Below the pieces are notes generated by a model. It was not told the DNA's origin. It made no database searches and was given only the letters and a program-made list of their open reading frames with translations. This document shows positions 13,500 to 28,238 of a stretch of 64,000 nt of DNA, piece by piece. The position numbers and the translations under genes were made by a program. Each line of letters opens with the position of its first letter. Positions within the stretch are counted from its first letter, which is position 1. Source of the stretch: Flaccisagitta enflata (taxonomy: Eukaryota); the NCBI GenBank assembly GCA_965153355.1, contig OZ231126.1, positions 16,244,001-16,308,000 on the forward strand, written 5' to 3'.

Positions 13500-14145
13500 T
13501 TTCAAAGGGTCAGATTCAATCTCATTTGCATATTGTAGAGTGCAATTGAACCTCACTGTCTGTATCTTTTAATCAAATAATCTTTTCTTCATCAAAAATG
13601 CAGTTGATTGAAATACATGCACTATTGATTTGATCTATACTTTGTTCATGTCAGAAGATATCTTTTATGATGTAGGTTTGATAGTTTCATTCACAGTGAT
13701 GTGAAAAGTAATGTAAAAGTGAAATCATCCAAGGCATAGTCAGCCGCTGGCTGCTTTTATCATTCATTGTCTCAATTACTGGGGCTCGCTACAACTTAAC
13801 CTGATGTCCTCAGTAATATCTTTGCCCTTCCTTTAAGACATCTTCACTAACCTGTCAATACACTTTTCACCTGTTTATTCATGAGCAACCTTGCCTGTTT
13901 CAAATGAGAACCATCTATTTGTCTTCCACCCGTTTTACCGACCTTTGATAGAGCTAAAGCAGTAAACAAGGCCATGTGGGCCAATAGGGTGTGCCATGTG
14001 GATCATTGAACAAATGCATTACCGACCAACAGACAGACTAACCGACCAACCAACTGACACAGCCAGTTATAAAGGTGCTTAGGGACACCTGAAAAGACTT
14101 AGAAGAGACAATCTCATTTGCATATTGCAGCTCTATAGTGACCTT
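13500..14145 (+). repeat. Left remnant of the octamer-containing tandem array
   Basis: caatctcatttgcatattg at ~13517 and ~14109; the latter continues cagctctatagtgacct, as in the units at 28.6-32.1 kb. Confidence 0.65.
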
Positions 14146-14447
14146 CTGCAAAAGAGGAAAGTAAAGGCATGACATAAATATAGATCCGGACGATCTCTTT
14201 GTCAACAATACAAATAATCAATCAATGCAATATATCGGGTAAATGGCGATATGAGACAGCACAATTTTCAAGCATATGAGCATTTATTTTCCACAGCGAG
14301 CATTTTACGTCGCAGCTGTGAGCGTTCAATGAAAAAAATGATTATCATCACAGTTAGCCGAGCGAGAGTACGATTTGGAACGCATTTTTTAGAGACAATA
14401 ATAAGATGAGAGAATCAAAACGACGGGAAGCCAAAAAACCACTGTCT

Positions 14448-15540
14448 CTAACCAGTTTCAGGTGCATTCAAAGCCACCCCTCCATCAGACTCCCCACGTT
14501 GTGACCCAGCGCAGACATAGCACCCCCGAACATGACAGACAAACCTCCCGTACTCAGCAAGGAACCCCGCCTTTGACCCTCGCTTCAATGCAGCAAGAGA
14601 CCCCGCCGCCCTCTGTCCCTCCGTCAGAGCACCCCACTCCTTGGGAACCCTGTAGCCAACCGACCGATGGTCACGCGTCGCCAGGAATAGACCCCCCCTG
14701 GCCGACCTTGTGCCATACCCATGCACCTCCCCTACCCTTTGCAGCATGGCCGCCTGGTTCTCCGGCAGCCTACGGTTCACAAACCGCCAGGCATGAACCC
14801 GGAGCTGCTGCCTGTAGAGGTCGCCAACCTTCAGCAACCCCAGCCCTGAGAGAATCGGGTCAGCATGATAGCGACCGCGCATCCCTGCAATCAGGCCAGC
14901 AAATCTCTTCTGACATCGCAGAAGAGCCCCCCCAGCTGCCCCGTTCCCATCCCTCTGGAAGTCCCCCCACACCATAAGGCAGTACTGCAGGTGCGGCAGA
15001 ACAAGCCCATTATACAAGGCAAGAAGGGCCCGCCCACCCAAGACCCCCGCAGCCCTCCCCACCACTCCTAACAACTGCCCCACCTTATCCCTGACCCTCC
15101 CCACATGCTCCCTCCATCTTAACCCCCCATCCACCCAGACTCCCAGGAACCGCGCCCCATCCACCTCCTTCACCCTCTCACCCCCTATCTCAACCCCAAG
15201 TCCAAGATCCCCCCCACCCTTTGGTCCACCAAAATAGACATACTCAGTCTTCTTGAGATTGAGAGTCAGTCTGTTACAGCGGAACCATCTAGCTAGCCCC
15301 TCAAGCCCCCGATTCACCCGCTCAAAGAGCACCAGCGGGTCCTTGTCCTGTGCAAAGATGTTGGTATCATCTGCAAAAAGGACAAGTTCGAGTCCAGCAC
15401 AAGCCCTCACCATGTCATTGACATAGATAAGAAAGAACAAGGGCCCCAATACTGAACCCTGGGGGACCCCACACTCAACCCCGCCCCTTCCTGACTCAAC
15501 CCCCCCATACACCACATACTGCGACCTACCCGTAAGGTAG
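14448..15540 (-). mobile_element. LINE (Crack/L2-CR1 group) ORF2, 3' part: RT C-terminal half and Cys-rich tail
   Basis: GVPQGSVLGPLFFLIYVND, LFADDTN, WFRCNRLTLNLKKT, RFLGV, terminal CHVRGCYVC. Confidence 0.9.
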
Positions 15541-15884
15541 AGACCGATCAAGAGAAATGCGACTTTCAACCTCAGTCGAAAACGCCTTTTGTTCAAAACT
15601 CAACTACCTGTAAGAAGCGCCCCTTGTGACCGCTAATCTTCACGGATTGACGTCATTCTTTTTTTTACGAGTAGCAGACGTCCTACGCTTTCTGACTTTT
15701 TAGGTTTCGGAAATTATTTTAATCTTTTTTAATGTTTACGGTACTGTTTTATTTAACTCTCTGTTACGCTTTCGTCTCCTCTCCGAAACTTGGAAGCTGT
15801 CTGATTTCGGACGTGATCGAAAGCAGTTTCGAAGCAAAGAAAGAAGTTCCGTCTGAGAATTTTTAATCGCACCACATCGTTGAA

Positions 15885-16085
15885 TTTTTAGTCGCGTGCT
15901 ACGTGACTCTACACCCCGCTTTGTCGGTCCGTCCGTCGGTCCGTCGGTCCGTCCGTCACACTTTACTTTTTTTGGGTTTTTGCGGTCTATGGCCTCACTG
16001 CTCCTGCCAAAGTGATCAAGTGACCTCAAATACGGCCCCTGCCCACCCGCACGCGACTGGGGTAGCCGTGTATCCGGCCTTGTTA
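15885..16085 (+). mobile_element. HINE/DINE-like family 1 copy
   Basis: ttttAGTCGCGTGC start, (GTCC/GTCG)n tract, GCACGCGACT inverted repeat, hairpin GCCGtgtatcCGGC, end ccttgtt. Confidence 0.75.
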
Positions 16086-17942
16086 TCTATTTTTGTTGTT
16101 TTTCTTCTCTTTTTAGTTGCGGACATGCTGTCAGTCCGTCAGTCTGTGATGATCGAGTCGAAAACCCACCCCTGCGCAACGATATCGTAGTATTTGTGTG
16201 TTGGTAATGAGCAGAGTTTTATCAAGGCCTCTAAGAAGTACCCCGTGAGACCTCTATTCCTTATGGAATGAGGTCAGACTTAGATTTTCAGAGAGCAGAC
16301 GTCACGTTCTTTCTGACTTTTTAAGAATTATTATGAAATAATGTCTTTCTCCTGCGTATGAGACGGTTTAATCGATACCTTTCCTGCTACGCCGCTGACT
16401 TCAGCCATTACAAACTGAAAAAAAAATGCAAGTCCAATCGATCCTGATTGAAAGCAGTCTCTTTAAAAAGAAAATCCCAAAGCGCGATTGCTTTTAGACT
16501 GTCGGACGGACAAAGCGGGGTGGAGTCGCGTAGCTTAGGACTAAAATAAGGCCGGATACACGGCTACCCCAGTCGCATGCGGGTGGGCAGAAGCAGGGCT
16601 TGAGAAGTTCACTAGAGCATTTGGGCAGGTGCAGTAGGCTCAAAAAGCTAAAAGACGCCGAAAAAGTTAAAATGGGGACCGACCGACCCACCGACCAAGG
16701 GTATTTGATAGAAATGATGTTACAGTTATTTTGATTTGGCAATAGTAGTTTTTTTAAGGCTAATAAGGAATCGCTATTTGTTGGGGGAGCCGGGTGTGGA
16801 GTCGCTTAGCACGCGATTAAAAAACATTTTTTGCAAAACTTTTTCCGTCAGTTGGTTGGTCGATAACGCATTTGTTTGACGTTTCACATGTCGCACACAT
16901 TGGCCGACTTTGATCAGTTTTTCAGAAATGTTTTAAAAGAGGAAGCAATAGCTGACAGTAAAATAGCTTTATCGTTCTTGATTATATAGCTCAAATGTTT
17001 CCTCATTAACCAGGTTCTTATGAGAAAAAAAAATTACCTGATTGTTTTCATGGTCGAATTCCCCCTTTTCAAATATCTCAATTTAACAGGTTATGAAATA
17101 AAAAAAATTATCTATTATAAATTTTATGATAAAGATTTTAAAAAATACAAAATTAAAATATATTGATTTTGGAAAATTGGCGCTTATAGAATTTGATAAA
17201 AAATTTCTTATCAAAAATATATTGTTTAAGAAATTATTAATTTACAAATTCTAAATTAATCCTAATTTAAATTTGTTTATTTATATACTTATTTTGTTTT
17301 AAAAAACATCACTTTTAAAGCAAGCCTTCAATGTTCTCAAATTTTGAGCAGTTGTAAAGTTTGAAAGTTTTAGAATAGTTGTTGATTTAAATATAATTTT
17401 TATTCTTTACTTAAAAACATTTTTTAACTGGTTTTAGTTAGTCCTTTAGAAGAAAATAAAGGAAAATGTCAATGAAACTACAAAGCAGCAGGTTTAAATG
17501 AAAAATGAATAAAACTTGCTTTAAAAACAAACAAAAAAAAAACATTTTAATTTGGATTATTGTTTTTATTAAAAATCAAAGCTCTAATATTTTTAATATA
17601 TTTTAAGATCTATTTTGAATTTTAAAAAGATTTCAAGCTTAATTTTTCAAAATTATTGAAAAAATAATTTTCTAATATTTTTAGCAAGTTTTAAAATTGT
17701 TGTGATTTTTAAACCTAATGTTCATATAAGATAAAGTATGATGTATTCAAGATCTATATTACGCTCTTTTAATTTTAGATAAACATTTTTTTAACTCATT
17801 CTGAAAATTACCATTTTAATTTCAATGCTTATTCTCTATTGCTATTTTTTTTTTAATATTTTGCATATTCTTCATAAAAAATCAAAATATATATTCTTTG
17901 AATTTTTTTATTGATATTTAAGATTATGATTTTATTTTTTAG

Positions 17943-18269
17943 CAGGGGTGTATATAGTTCCATATCCTTTGATTATTTCTCCCCCCCCACCTTTGATTTT
18001 CTTCCCCGCGATGCATCGTGTTGCATAACAAAATCTATGATTTTCTTCCTTATAAAGCAATAAAACAGTCTGTTTAAGGTTTAAATAATGTTAAATTGTG
18101 TTCTACTTAACATTTTTTATGATTTGTTACTGCCAAAATTTATATTTTCCCTAAATTTCTTTTTTTCCTCTTTTTTCCTCCTTCCTTTTTCTCCCCTTTC
18201 CCCAAACCCTTTGATTATTTCCCCCCCCCCCACCGGGGGGGGGGAAATACAGAAGAATATACAGGCCTG
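17943..18269 (+). mobile_element. hAT-like MITE (partial duplicate including left flank at ~18773-18925)
   Basis: Ends caggggtgtatat / atatacaggcctg; both flanks contain tttttag. Confidence 0.55.
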
Positions 18270-18977
18270 TTTTTAGCTTAAGTTTTAAAATATATTCTTA
18301 ATCCACAAATTTACATCAAAAAAGATTATCAATATTTTTTTTAAAATTCTTTTCTTTGATATTTGCAATTGGGAATTTTGACCGCTTAGTCGATTTGTTT
18401 TGTTTTGTTTTGTTTTTATGCTCATCAGTGCAAATAATACACGATTACAAATGAATGTAACAGAGCCGTACAATAGTAAAATTGAACGAGGTCCCTCATT
18501 TAGAATTGGGTAATAAATACTCATTAGCAAAACGTAATTACAAACATCACAGATAGTCAAAATTGAGGATAAATAATAACGAGTTGCCGTGTTTAACAAC
18601 ATAAAATTCCGCGGAAAATTTTCGTCCTATTTTTTCATTCTCCCATTTGCAAATCTTATTTCCCATTTTTTTTCAATTTCAGCGACAATTTGTTCTACTT
18701 TATCAATGTCATCACTATATATATCATCAAATTCAACAGTAGAGATTTCATCATTCCATTCTTTACATACATTAAGATTATGATTTTATTTTTTAGCAGG
18801 GGTGTATATAGTTCCATATCCTTTGAATATTTCTCCCCCCCCCCCACCTTTGATTTTCTTCCCCGCGATGCATCGTGTTGCATAACAAAATCTATGATTT
18901 TCTTCCTTATAAAGCAATAAAACAGCGTTTCAAACGGTCAAGAATCAGCTGATCTTATAGCCGCTGTGAGGCTCCCT

Positions 18978-19037
<60 letters not shown>

Positions 19038-19366
19038 CTCTCCCCTTCTTTCTCCGTACTTTCTTTTCATCTAGTTTTTAATGATGAACTTGTTAAAACT
19101 TATCTCTCTGTACGCGCACATTTTCCCTCATCGACATTGGCGGCGATGGAATAAAATGACAGGACAGTAAACGAGCATGTTATGCGTGGCCTGGCATAAC
19201 CCTGGGGTGATCAGGAAATGACGATAATTCTACAGCAAAATTTTACTGTGAAACTTAATTTCTGGAAGCGAAACAACGGAGGCGTAGCTAAGCGTGACTG
19301 GCATTGCATGGCGAAACGCGAGTTGTTACTAGGACGTTCGGACCTGCGGACAACGGTAAGAAAACA

Positions 19367-19455
<89 letters not shown>

Positions 19456-20796
19456 CATGTGTGTGTGCATGTGTGTGTGCATGCGTGTGTGTAGCGTTTT
19501 TGGTATCTACCCACAGCCCAAACGAATCATGCCGGGGGTATTGTCTTGGCGTCACCGAGACGATTTGTTATCAGTCACCCCTAACTTAAGTTTATGAGTA
19601 ATTTGGGCTGTGGGTAGGGGTGGGTACCAAATCAGTATGATTTTCAAACAGGTACAAAATTACACCTCCACATGAACCAAGTTCTCAAATTCACATGATT
19701 CTCTATTTTGATTGCAGTTACGTAATCAACCTTCTAAGGCGCAACTGGCTTGAGGACGAGCACGTGTACACCAAAATCCCGAATTGCCGCGCCGAAGCCT
19801 CAACATCATGCCAAAGAAGACGATGGACTCAACGTAACCAAGAAGGCAGTGACAAGGTACGTCTACAAGATATGTTTTCGAGCTAGTTTTTGTGTATGTC
19901 AGTGTGTGTCTGTGTCTAAGCTAAGAGAAAGAAAGAAAGAAAGAGATGCATTGGTTTGTTTGAGTCACATTTTTATATGTTATGTTGTGTCACGTACACT
20001 TTTTTAGGTGCAACAAGGCACTTTTATCACTGGCTGTGTCCGTTGGTCGGTTGGTTGGTAACGCATTCGTTCGACGATCCACACGTCGCACCTTACCATA
20101 CGACTCATGAAAAAAGACGCACTTCTGGATGGCTAATTTTGCCTATAAAAAAATCTATTAAAATGTTAAGTTATCTGAAAGCTCTTTAAAAGTACGTTCA
20201 TTTAGCGCTAATCTGGTATTGCTATCTTTTTTTATTTAAAGATAGCATTGGTTTGAGTAAAAACATTGCCTATTTCAATTTTGCAATCCCTTTGTAAAAA
20301 TGCAATTTAGCAAATTAGTAGTTCTTTTTGCTAGGCTCTAGCTTCTAAACCTTTTGAGACACAGAGCTGGGATTGGTCTGAATTGAAACATTTTTCAAAA
20401 ATCTTTTAAAATGTTATCTCTTGAAACAGTTAAAATTTATTGATAAACCTGTTTTATCAATTTATGAACTGGTGCGTCTTTTTTTTTTTTTTAGCCGAGT
20501 GGTATTGGCCTACTTGGCCTCATTTTCTTTTGAGAATCTGGTCTATAAGAACATCAAGGCTTAAAGTTGCTCAAAAATTCAAAACTTAGTTTTTTTACCG
20601 GTAGCTATCTCTATCTGTTGCCGCCTCTCTTTTTCTCTCTCTTTCTTTCTTCTCTTTCTCTCTCCCTCTTTCTTCCTCTTTCTCTCTCCCCCTTTCTTCC
20701 TCTTTCTCTCTCCGTCTTTTTCTCTCCGTCTTTCGCTCTTTTTCTCATTCTTGCCCTCTCTTTCTCTCTCTCTTTCTCTCTTTCTCTCTTTCTCTC

Positions 20797-20881
<85 letters not shown>

Positions 20882-21598
20882 GAGACTGGCGACTTCGCTC
20901 GATGGTTCCGTTCGTCAACGCTCACATTCGAAAAAAAAGTGGTCGTTAACAGAAGCTGGAGACCCGAAAAGCAAAAGTACAAGATGCCTTGAGGTAAGTA
21001 AACAAATTTCTGTAAGTGCTACTGGTTGGCTTGCGCAGTTTGTGTTGTTTCGACAACTTTGACCATATACTACAAAGGATTTTTTTAAAATTTTGCCCGC
21101 CATTGTGTACCAAAGTGAAGCGTGGAAAAATAAGCCTTTTAGATCCTTTGTGTGTATGTTTGTATATGGGTTAGGTGTTGGGGTAGGGATGGGGGTTGGA
21201 CGCCCCTGCCCACCCATCCATAAGGATATTGTGAGTTGTGACCCCGCGTCACCTGTTAGTCCCATGCTTGTGACTACTTTGACTGTCCGAACCTTGGTCG
21301 GTTGGTTGTTTCCTATTTTACGTTTTTTCTTTTTGCTGTCTTTGGCCTGACTGCCAACGTGCACCAGTAACCTTGATTATTGCCCCTGCCCACCCACACG
21401 AAACTGGGATAGCTGTGTATCCAGCCTTGTTTTTTAGTCATGCCATTTTTAATTTTGATTGCAGCCATGTGGTGTTTCCTGGAGTTGCCCTTTCAAGTTT
21501 TCAAGTTAAGTGGGACAACAGGCGTATAGACGAGATTACCCCCTTCCAAAGAATACAGTGACCGTTTGCTCGATGGAATCCAAGATACAGTTACAGCA

Positions 21599-21643
<45 letters not shown>

Positions 21644-21672
21644 CGCATGTACATTTGTACCTGTATAATGGC

Positions 21673-21786
<114 letters not shown>

Positions 21787-22159
21787 GACAGACAGACATC
21801 GCGTTGGTTGCAACTGTTTTTAAGTGCTAAATTTAAAATTTTTAGGTTATGTATTAAAAAACATTAAAGAGTAAAATGTGACAGATGGACCGACAGACCC
21901 ACGGACAATCAAAGTGGGGTATAGACTCGCTTAGCACGCAACTGAAAATTTGAAAAAATGATAAAATTATATTCCTCTACAGGCGCTCTAACAAATTCGT
22001 CGGCGTTTCCCGTATCTTAAATTCTGAGGAGGAAGACTATCAACATATCTCCAGCTACTCTGCTTAAATTGCTTAGACTCAACTGGACCAAGGATTTTTT
22101 TTTCTGTTGCTGTTTTTCGTTTGAGAAGAAGAACGCCAATTTTTCATTTCAATTGTTTA

Positions 22160-22604
22160 CAGAGAGAAGTTTAATATAAAGTGTGAACCCCCTGAAAACT
22201 GTAGCACATCCACTTTAATCAATTAGATCATGGACATTTTAAAGGTAGAGGAAAAATGTGAATATGAATACAAGTGAATATGAATACAAGTGAATACAAG
22301 TGAATATGAATATGAATACAAGTGCCGTCACCAGAGTGATTTTTCATTTTTATTTTTTAAAGTCAAGATATATAGCTTAATAAAATATTGAAATTAACTA
22401 TGATTAATAATTCATAAAATCAAGGATTTTCCATTATAACTTGAGACTAGAATGGAAATTGCAAAATTGCTCTGGTGGCGCCTCTTATATGGTCATAAGC
22501 TTTGATTAGCAACGTTAAATTTATTATTTATTGCTCTAGTTTGAGTTGTAAGGGGGGTGCTACAGTTTTAGGGGGGTTCACATCTTATATTTCTCCTTCC
22601 TCTG
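22160..22604. mobile_element. Tc1/mariner-type MITE
   Basis: TA-flanked cagag...ctctg; inverted arms tgtgaacccc..aaaactgtagcac / gtgctacagtttt..ggggttcaca. Confidence 0.7.
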
Positions 22605-22984
22605 TATAGCCAGCGATTACCTTTGGTTGATGCTTGAGGAAGAGCACGAGCACTTTGAACCTGTCCCTCTATCCGCGCCAATTGATATTGTAAGTCTGTA
22701 ACACTGTGTTGCGTCGCGGTGCTCACAAAGGTGAAAATTTGAGGTTCATTACAAAAATATTATTTTTATTTTTTTTGTGAAGAAACTTAAGCATACATAT
22801 AATGTCAACTTCGATTCCACTAGGAGAGGAGAATTATATAAAAAGAATTAATAAACTAAGTTTTAAATGCAATATTGAAAAAAAATATATATACTCAAAT
22901 TTTAACCATTTATTTGCACCTTGACTTATTTTCTTAAATTTTCCAACAAGGGAATTTGGGGGGGTTCAATAATTTTAATTCCAT

Positions 22985-23123
22985 TTTTAGTTGCGGACAC
23001 GCAACTGTATACGAGGCTTTGTCCGTCCGTCCGTCCATAGTGATTGAGTTGGAAAGAGTGAAAACGCGCATTTCCGCCCCTGCCCACCCGTCCGCAACTG
23101 GTGGCCGTGTATCCGGCCTTGTT
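22985..23123 (+). mobile_element. HINE-like family 1 copy
   Basis: 5' AGTTGCGGAC, 3' GTCCGCAACT, hairpin and ggccttgtt end. Confidence 0.75.
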
Positions 23124-23460
23124 TATTGTATTCATATATTTACTCATGCCAATTGTAAATTGTTTCAATAAATGATGACCTCCAATCAATATTACCGAAC
23201 TCATTTTCACAAATAGGAGTTGAAGTCACTTGGATTGGAGGTAGCGGAAGAGTTGGGGGGGGGCAAAGGTCAAGTACACAACTACCCCAGTCACAAGCAG
23301 ATTGGCAGGGGCAGTTTGAGTAACTAGGGAATTTGTTAAGGAGCTGTGAGGCCAAAGACCACAAAAACATGAAGAAAAAAATAATACTAACCGACCAATT
23401 AACAGACGGACAAAGCGGGGTGCAGAGTCTCGTCGCGCGCAACTTAGTCTCTCTCTCTCT

Positions 23461-23527
<67 letters not shown>

Positions 23528-23578
23528 GTAAAGTATACTTTTATGGAGAAGAAAATCATATGATGTAACACGTCACAG

Positions 23579-23983
23579 TTGGGTGCTTCACATTCAAAAG
23601 TTTGTAGTATGGTTTTACCCTATATATAAGTTTTTTTTTAAATTTTTTTATCTTTTGATTTTGTTTTTAAATTTTTACAGAAATATAAGAAATCAGCAAA
23701 ATCCTTTTTAGTTATGTTACTGAATAAACAATTAATTATTTTAAAGAATTTTAGTATGTATATTTAAAAACGTCAAAATCAGAATATAAATTATAATATA
23801 GTAAAAGAAAATTAATAAGGATTTTTTTAAAGTATATCAGTATACCATTTTTTTAATTAAATTACGTTTTGCAATGAATTATTCTGAAAAACTGAAAATA
23901 AAAGGTTTTGAAATTAGTTTTTTTCATATTTAGTAAAGAAGGTAAAAAAGAAATTCCTAAGTTATGCTATGTGAAGCACCCAA
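23579..23983. mobile_element. AT-rich MITE
   Basis: 15-bp inverted repeats ttgggtgcttcacat / atgtgaagcacccaa. Confidence 0.6.
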
Positions 23984-24307
23984 ATGTTACCATCCTTCAG
24001 AAATGAGGAAAAATGAGAAGTCCTAAAGTTTTTCTCTGGTTGGGCGGGCTCTGGAGCAGTTTGAGGAATCCGATGATGAGGCCAAGAATATTTCAGAGTG
24101 ATTCCCGTTCCTGCATATTGGCCTTATTTTGCGTTTTCAGCCTATAACAGGAGGTGATCTATTGATATCAATTTCCAACTGTGTTCTTTTTCTTTCAATC
24201 GCGGGCACGCAACTTTTTAAGCCACTTTTCAGCCACATAACTGTTTCTCAAGGTATTCCGCTTCAGTCTGCGACTAACGTTGCCTTGTATCTGGCCTTGT
24301 TTTCCAG

Positions 24308-24441
24308 TTTTTAAGTGCGACAAAGCACCTCTATGACTGCCCATGTCCGTCGGTCGGTGGGTTGGTCTGTTAGTTGGTCAGGTAACGCATTTGTTCGACG
24401 ATCCACACGTCGCACCTTATTGGTCTACTTAGCCTTGTTTC
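24308..24441 (+). mobile_element. HINE-like family 3 copy (others at ~13965-14093 -, 20002-20522 +, 45948-46078 -, 58642-58720 +)
   Basis: gtgcgacaaagcacct start, GTCG/GTTG tract, gtcgcacct inverted repeat, terminal gccttgtt. Confidence 0.7.
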
Positions 24442-24779
24442 TTCTTTAACCCCGATTTCCTTTTCTTTTTCTTCCTCCTATATTTTTTCCTCATTTCCTT
24501 AGTTATTTTTCGCTCGTTTTCTTCTTTATCCTCTTTTTTTCTATCTTCTTCTTCTTCTGCTTTTTCTTCATCGTCGTCTTCTTTTTCTTTTTCTTTTTCT
24601 TTTTCTTTTTCTTTTTCTTTTTCCTTTCTCTTTCTCTTTCTCTTTTTCTTTTTCTTTTTCTTTTTCTTTTTCTTTTTCTTTTTCTTTCTTTTTCTTTTTC
24701 TTTTTCTTTTTCATTTTCTTTTTCATTTTCTTCATCGTCGTCTTCGTTGTCTTAAGGTTTTCTTTTTCTTTTCTTTTTC

Positions 24780-25243
24780 AGGGCTCAAGTCGATGAATGC
24801 TTTCACACATATGGGGAGTTTTCTCCTCCTTCCTTCTTCTTGTACCCCCTCCCCCAACCTCCAGGCCCATATCTCAGCCTGGAGGCCCATATCCCAGCCT
24901 CGAGGCCCAAATCCCAGTCTTGAGGCCCAAATCCCACCTTCAAGGCCCAAATCCCAACCCTAAGGCCCACATTCCAGTTTCTAGGGATTTGAACCTCAAG
25001 ACTGGGATTTGGGCCTCGAGGCTGGGATATGGGCCTCCAGGCGGAGATATGGGCCTGGAGGCTGGGGGGAGGGGGGAGGGGTGCGGAGGAGGAGATGGAG
25101 AAGGAGGAGAAAATTCCCATATGTGTGAAAGCATAGGTCATCGACCCCTTCGGGGCCGCTGCCCTGCTCCCCCCTCAACTTCAACCACAACCCACTGAAG
25201 CAGGGCACGGGTACCGCTGACCATCTAACGCTTTTGCGACTAT
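24780..25243 (+). mobile_element. HINE-like family 2 copy (5'-degenerate)
   Basis: atgctttcacacatatgggg, ~21-bp gaggcccaaatccca repeats in both orientations, ggggccgctgccc, gggtaccgctgaccatctaacgcttttgcgact. Confidence 0.7.
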
Positions 25244-25957
25244 TCTTTTTCTATTTCTTTTTCATCGTCGTCTTCGTTGTCTTAAGGTTTTCTTTTTCTT
25301 TTTCTTTTTCTTTTTCTTTTTCTTTTTCTTTTTCATTTTCTTCTTCATCGTCGTCTTCGTAGTCTTGTCGTCTTCTTCTTCATCTTCAAACCCTCCCTCT
25401 CGGTTCTACTCTTCCTCCCCGCCGTACAATATAATTATATAAATTGCGTTGAATCTGCCGCTGAATCGATGGCGCCGCGCTGCGGTTGCTTTATTTCATA
25501 CTAAGTCACGTCATTGTTTCATGACTAACAGATAATTCATTAATACGACGGGAAAGAGGGGGAAATTCTGTACTCTTAACTAAAATCTTAAATGTTAACT
25601 CTAGTTCGTTCGGTCACAGTGAAATTTCGAAGTTGAAATGTAATTCACGTTGCAAAGAGAACTAATTGCGCGCGATTCGACTTGCGCGATTCTCGACTTG
25701 TGAATAATTCAAACTTGTGTTTGAAACTTTAGAGTTATCTCAAGAATTTGTTAAGGCAGTTGAGTTCCATGCAGAAAGGAAATTAAAGTGTGTCGCCTTC
25801 AGAGAGGTTGATTACAATAAGAAAAATTGTCATAACTTCTAAACTATTCAAGCTATCAACGTGAAATTTGAAATATAGACGATTGGCAATATGGCGGACC
25901 TATGGTTAAAAAATAATGGTCGTGAGCGGACATTAAAAACGGTCACCTCGATCTCTA

Positions 25958-28216
25958 CGTAAGGTAGCTCTCCAGCAGAGCCAGGGCTCCTCCCCTCACT
26001 CCATAATGCTCCAGCTTGGAGAGCAGAAGTCGGTGATCGACAGTGTCGAACGCCTTCTTCAGATCGACAAACACCCCCAAAGCCACCCTACCCCCTGCCC
26101 ATGCCTCCCTCACTTTCTCAACCATATCCAGGACAGCCATAGCTGTCGAGTGACCCGCCCTAAACCCATACTGCCCCGGGATTAGTACCCGCTCCCTATC
26201 CAAGAACGCCACCAGCCTGGCCCTCAGCACTCTCTCAAAGATCTGAGACAGCACTGGTAGAACAGAGACCGGCCTATAGTTCGAAAACTGGGTGGGATCC
26301 TCTCCCTTGTAAACGGGGACAACCCTCGCAACCTTAAAGCATCCAGGGTAGTGCCCCTCCCGGATGCAGTAATTGTAGAAAGCCGACAACGGCCCTGCTA
26401 TCTCACGCGCCACCTCCTTAACCACCCGAGGGGACACCCCATCCCAACCAACACCCTTGTCCGGCTCCAGCTCCCTACACAACCTCTCAACCTCCGCCGG
26501 CGTTGTAGGCTCCCAGATCAAGGAGCCACCCACTCTTTCCCCCATGTACTCCAGATGGGACCCCTCCCTTTCCTTGCCTATCCTCGCAGCCAGCCCCGGC
26601 CCCACCTTACAGTAAAAGTCACAGAACCCCTCCGCTATCCCCTTCCCATCTGTCACCCCTAACCCATCCTTCTCAAAGTACCCACAGGTCGCACCCCCAC
26701 CCCTTCGGCACCGCCCCCTGATAACCTCCCCCAAAACCTCCCAGGTCGCCCTCAAATCCCCACCTATCTCACCCAGCTTCTGGTCGAAGTAGGCCCTTTT
26801 CAGCCTCTGCCTAGTCCTATTTACCTCCTTGGTTACTTCGACCAGCCTGGCCTGCTCCGCCTCCCCCAATCCCACCCTTACCTTTCTGGAGTACAGCAAC
26901 CCCTTCTCCCGCACCATCTCCTTAAACCCCTCATCATCCAGCCACGGTTTCTCCCTGTCCTTCGCTTTCCTCTTCCTCTCCATCACAGGAAAAGCAGCGT
27001 TGTACAGATCCCGAAAACCGTTCCGGAAATTAGCCACATTCCCCTCAACACCCAGCTCCCCCGTTACCTCAAAACACCACCCACCCAACTCCTCCGCAAA
27101 CCTCGCAATCCTGCCCTCATTTATAACCCTCCTTTCCCCCCCACCCCTCCCACTAACCCTCTCCTCCTCTCTCTCACCCCCAACGAACCCATACACCGGC
27201 AGATGGTCCGACACCCTCACCGTCACCAACCCACTCACCATCGTCTCCCTCAAGTTGTTAGTCCATATGTTGTCAATCAACGTAGCCGTGGCGTCTGTCA
27301 GTCTAGTCGGAAGGGATATCAGGGGATGAAACCCCCTTTCCATGAACCCTCCGACAAAGTCTGATGTTGGCCCATGAGAGCCCGCCTTAATCAAGTCAAC
27401 ATTAAAGTCCCCCATTATATACCCATCAAGTCCGCGAACTCCAGCCAACACTGGAGCCATCCTTTCCCTGAACTCCTGCAAATCCCCACCTGGAGGCCTA
27501 TACACCACCCCAACTATGTCATTCCTACGTCCCCCACCCCTGACAATTTCAACAAAAACCGACTCAAACTCCCCCTCAATAAAGGTCCCCAAGTCCGGCC
27601 GTTCCCTGTAGGTCAACCCATCCCTCACTAATAGCGCAACACCCCCACCCCCCTTCTCCTTCCTTGAGGCACACACCAACCCGTAACCCTCCACTGCCAC
27701 CCCCTTCTCACTCTCCGCATCAAGCCACGTCTCCGCCAAGCCAACCACATCCCACCTCACCGCCCATCTACGCATCTCCCCCTCCAACAGCTCCAGCCCC
27801 GGACCCCTCGCGCTCCTAACATTGTGAAAAAGCAAGGAAAGAGCACAACCCCCCGTCCTCGCCAACCCTCTTAACCTTCCCCCAACCTCGTCACCCCCCG
27901 TGTAAGCGCACCCCCCCAGCGCCCCCGCCACCCCCCCTATTGCCCCCCTGACCTCATCATCATAGGGGTCAAACCTAAGCCCCTGAAACTCACCCGCCCT
28001 ACTTCCCAGCCCTTCCCTATAATCACGCAGAGCCCCCCTAAACTCGCCCTCCCCCACTATTCCCACAAACGGCAACGCCCCAGACAGACAGCCAGCACAC
28101 AGAATCCCATCCGCCCCCACCCCCCTCACCCTAACAACCCTCCTACACAGGTCACAACGTGGGCACCTTCCATGTCCACCCACATCGCCGCTACTTATCT
28201 CACCACTTCCAGCCAT
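25958..28216 (-). mobile_element. LINE ORF2, 5' part: Cys-rich N-terminus, AP-endonuclease, RT N-terminal half
   Basis: HNVRS, LAETWL, GGGVAL, VYRPP, MGDFN, IDNIW, SDHLP, YRPVSVLP, QYGFR, DLKKAFDTVDH in ORF 25955..28288(-). Start inferred at MAGSG. Confidence 0.92.
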
Positions 28217-28238
28217 GGTTGTTGAGAGGACCCTCAGG

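Noticed and set aside
15541-15596. N-terminus MNKRRFRLRLKVAFLLIGL of ORF 14448..15596
   Set aside because: Read-in from the insertion end; the true upstream LINE sequence is at 25958+.
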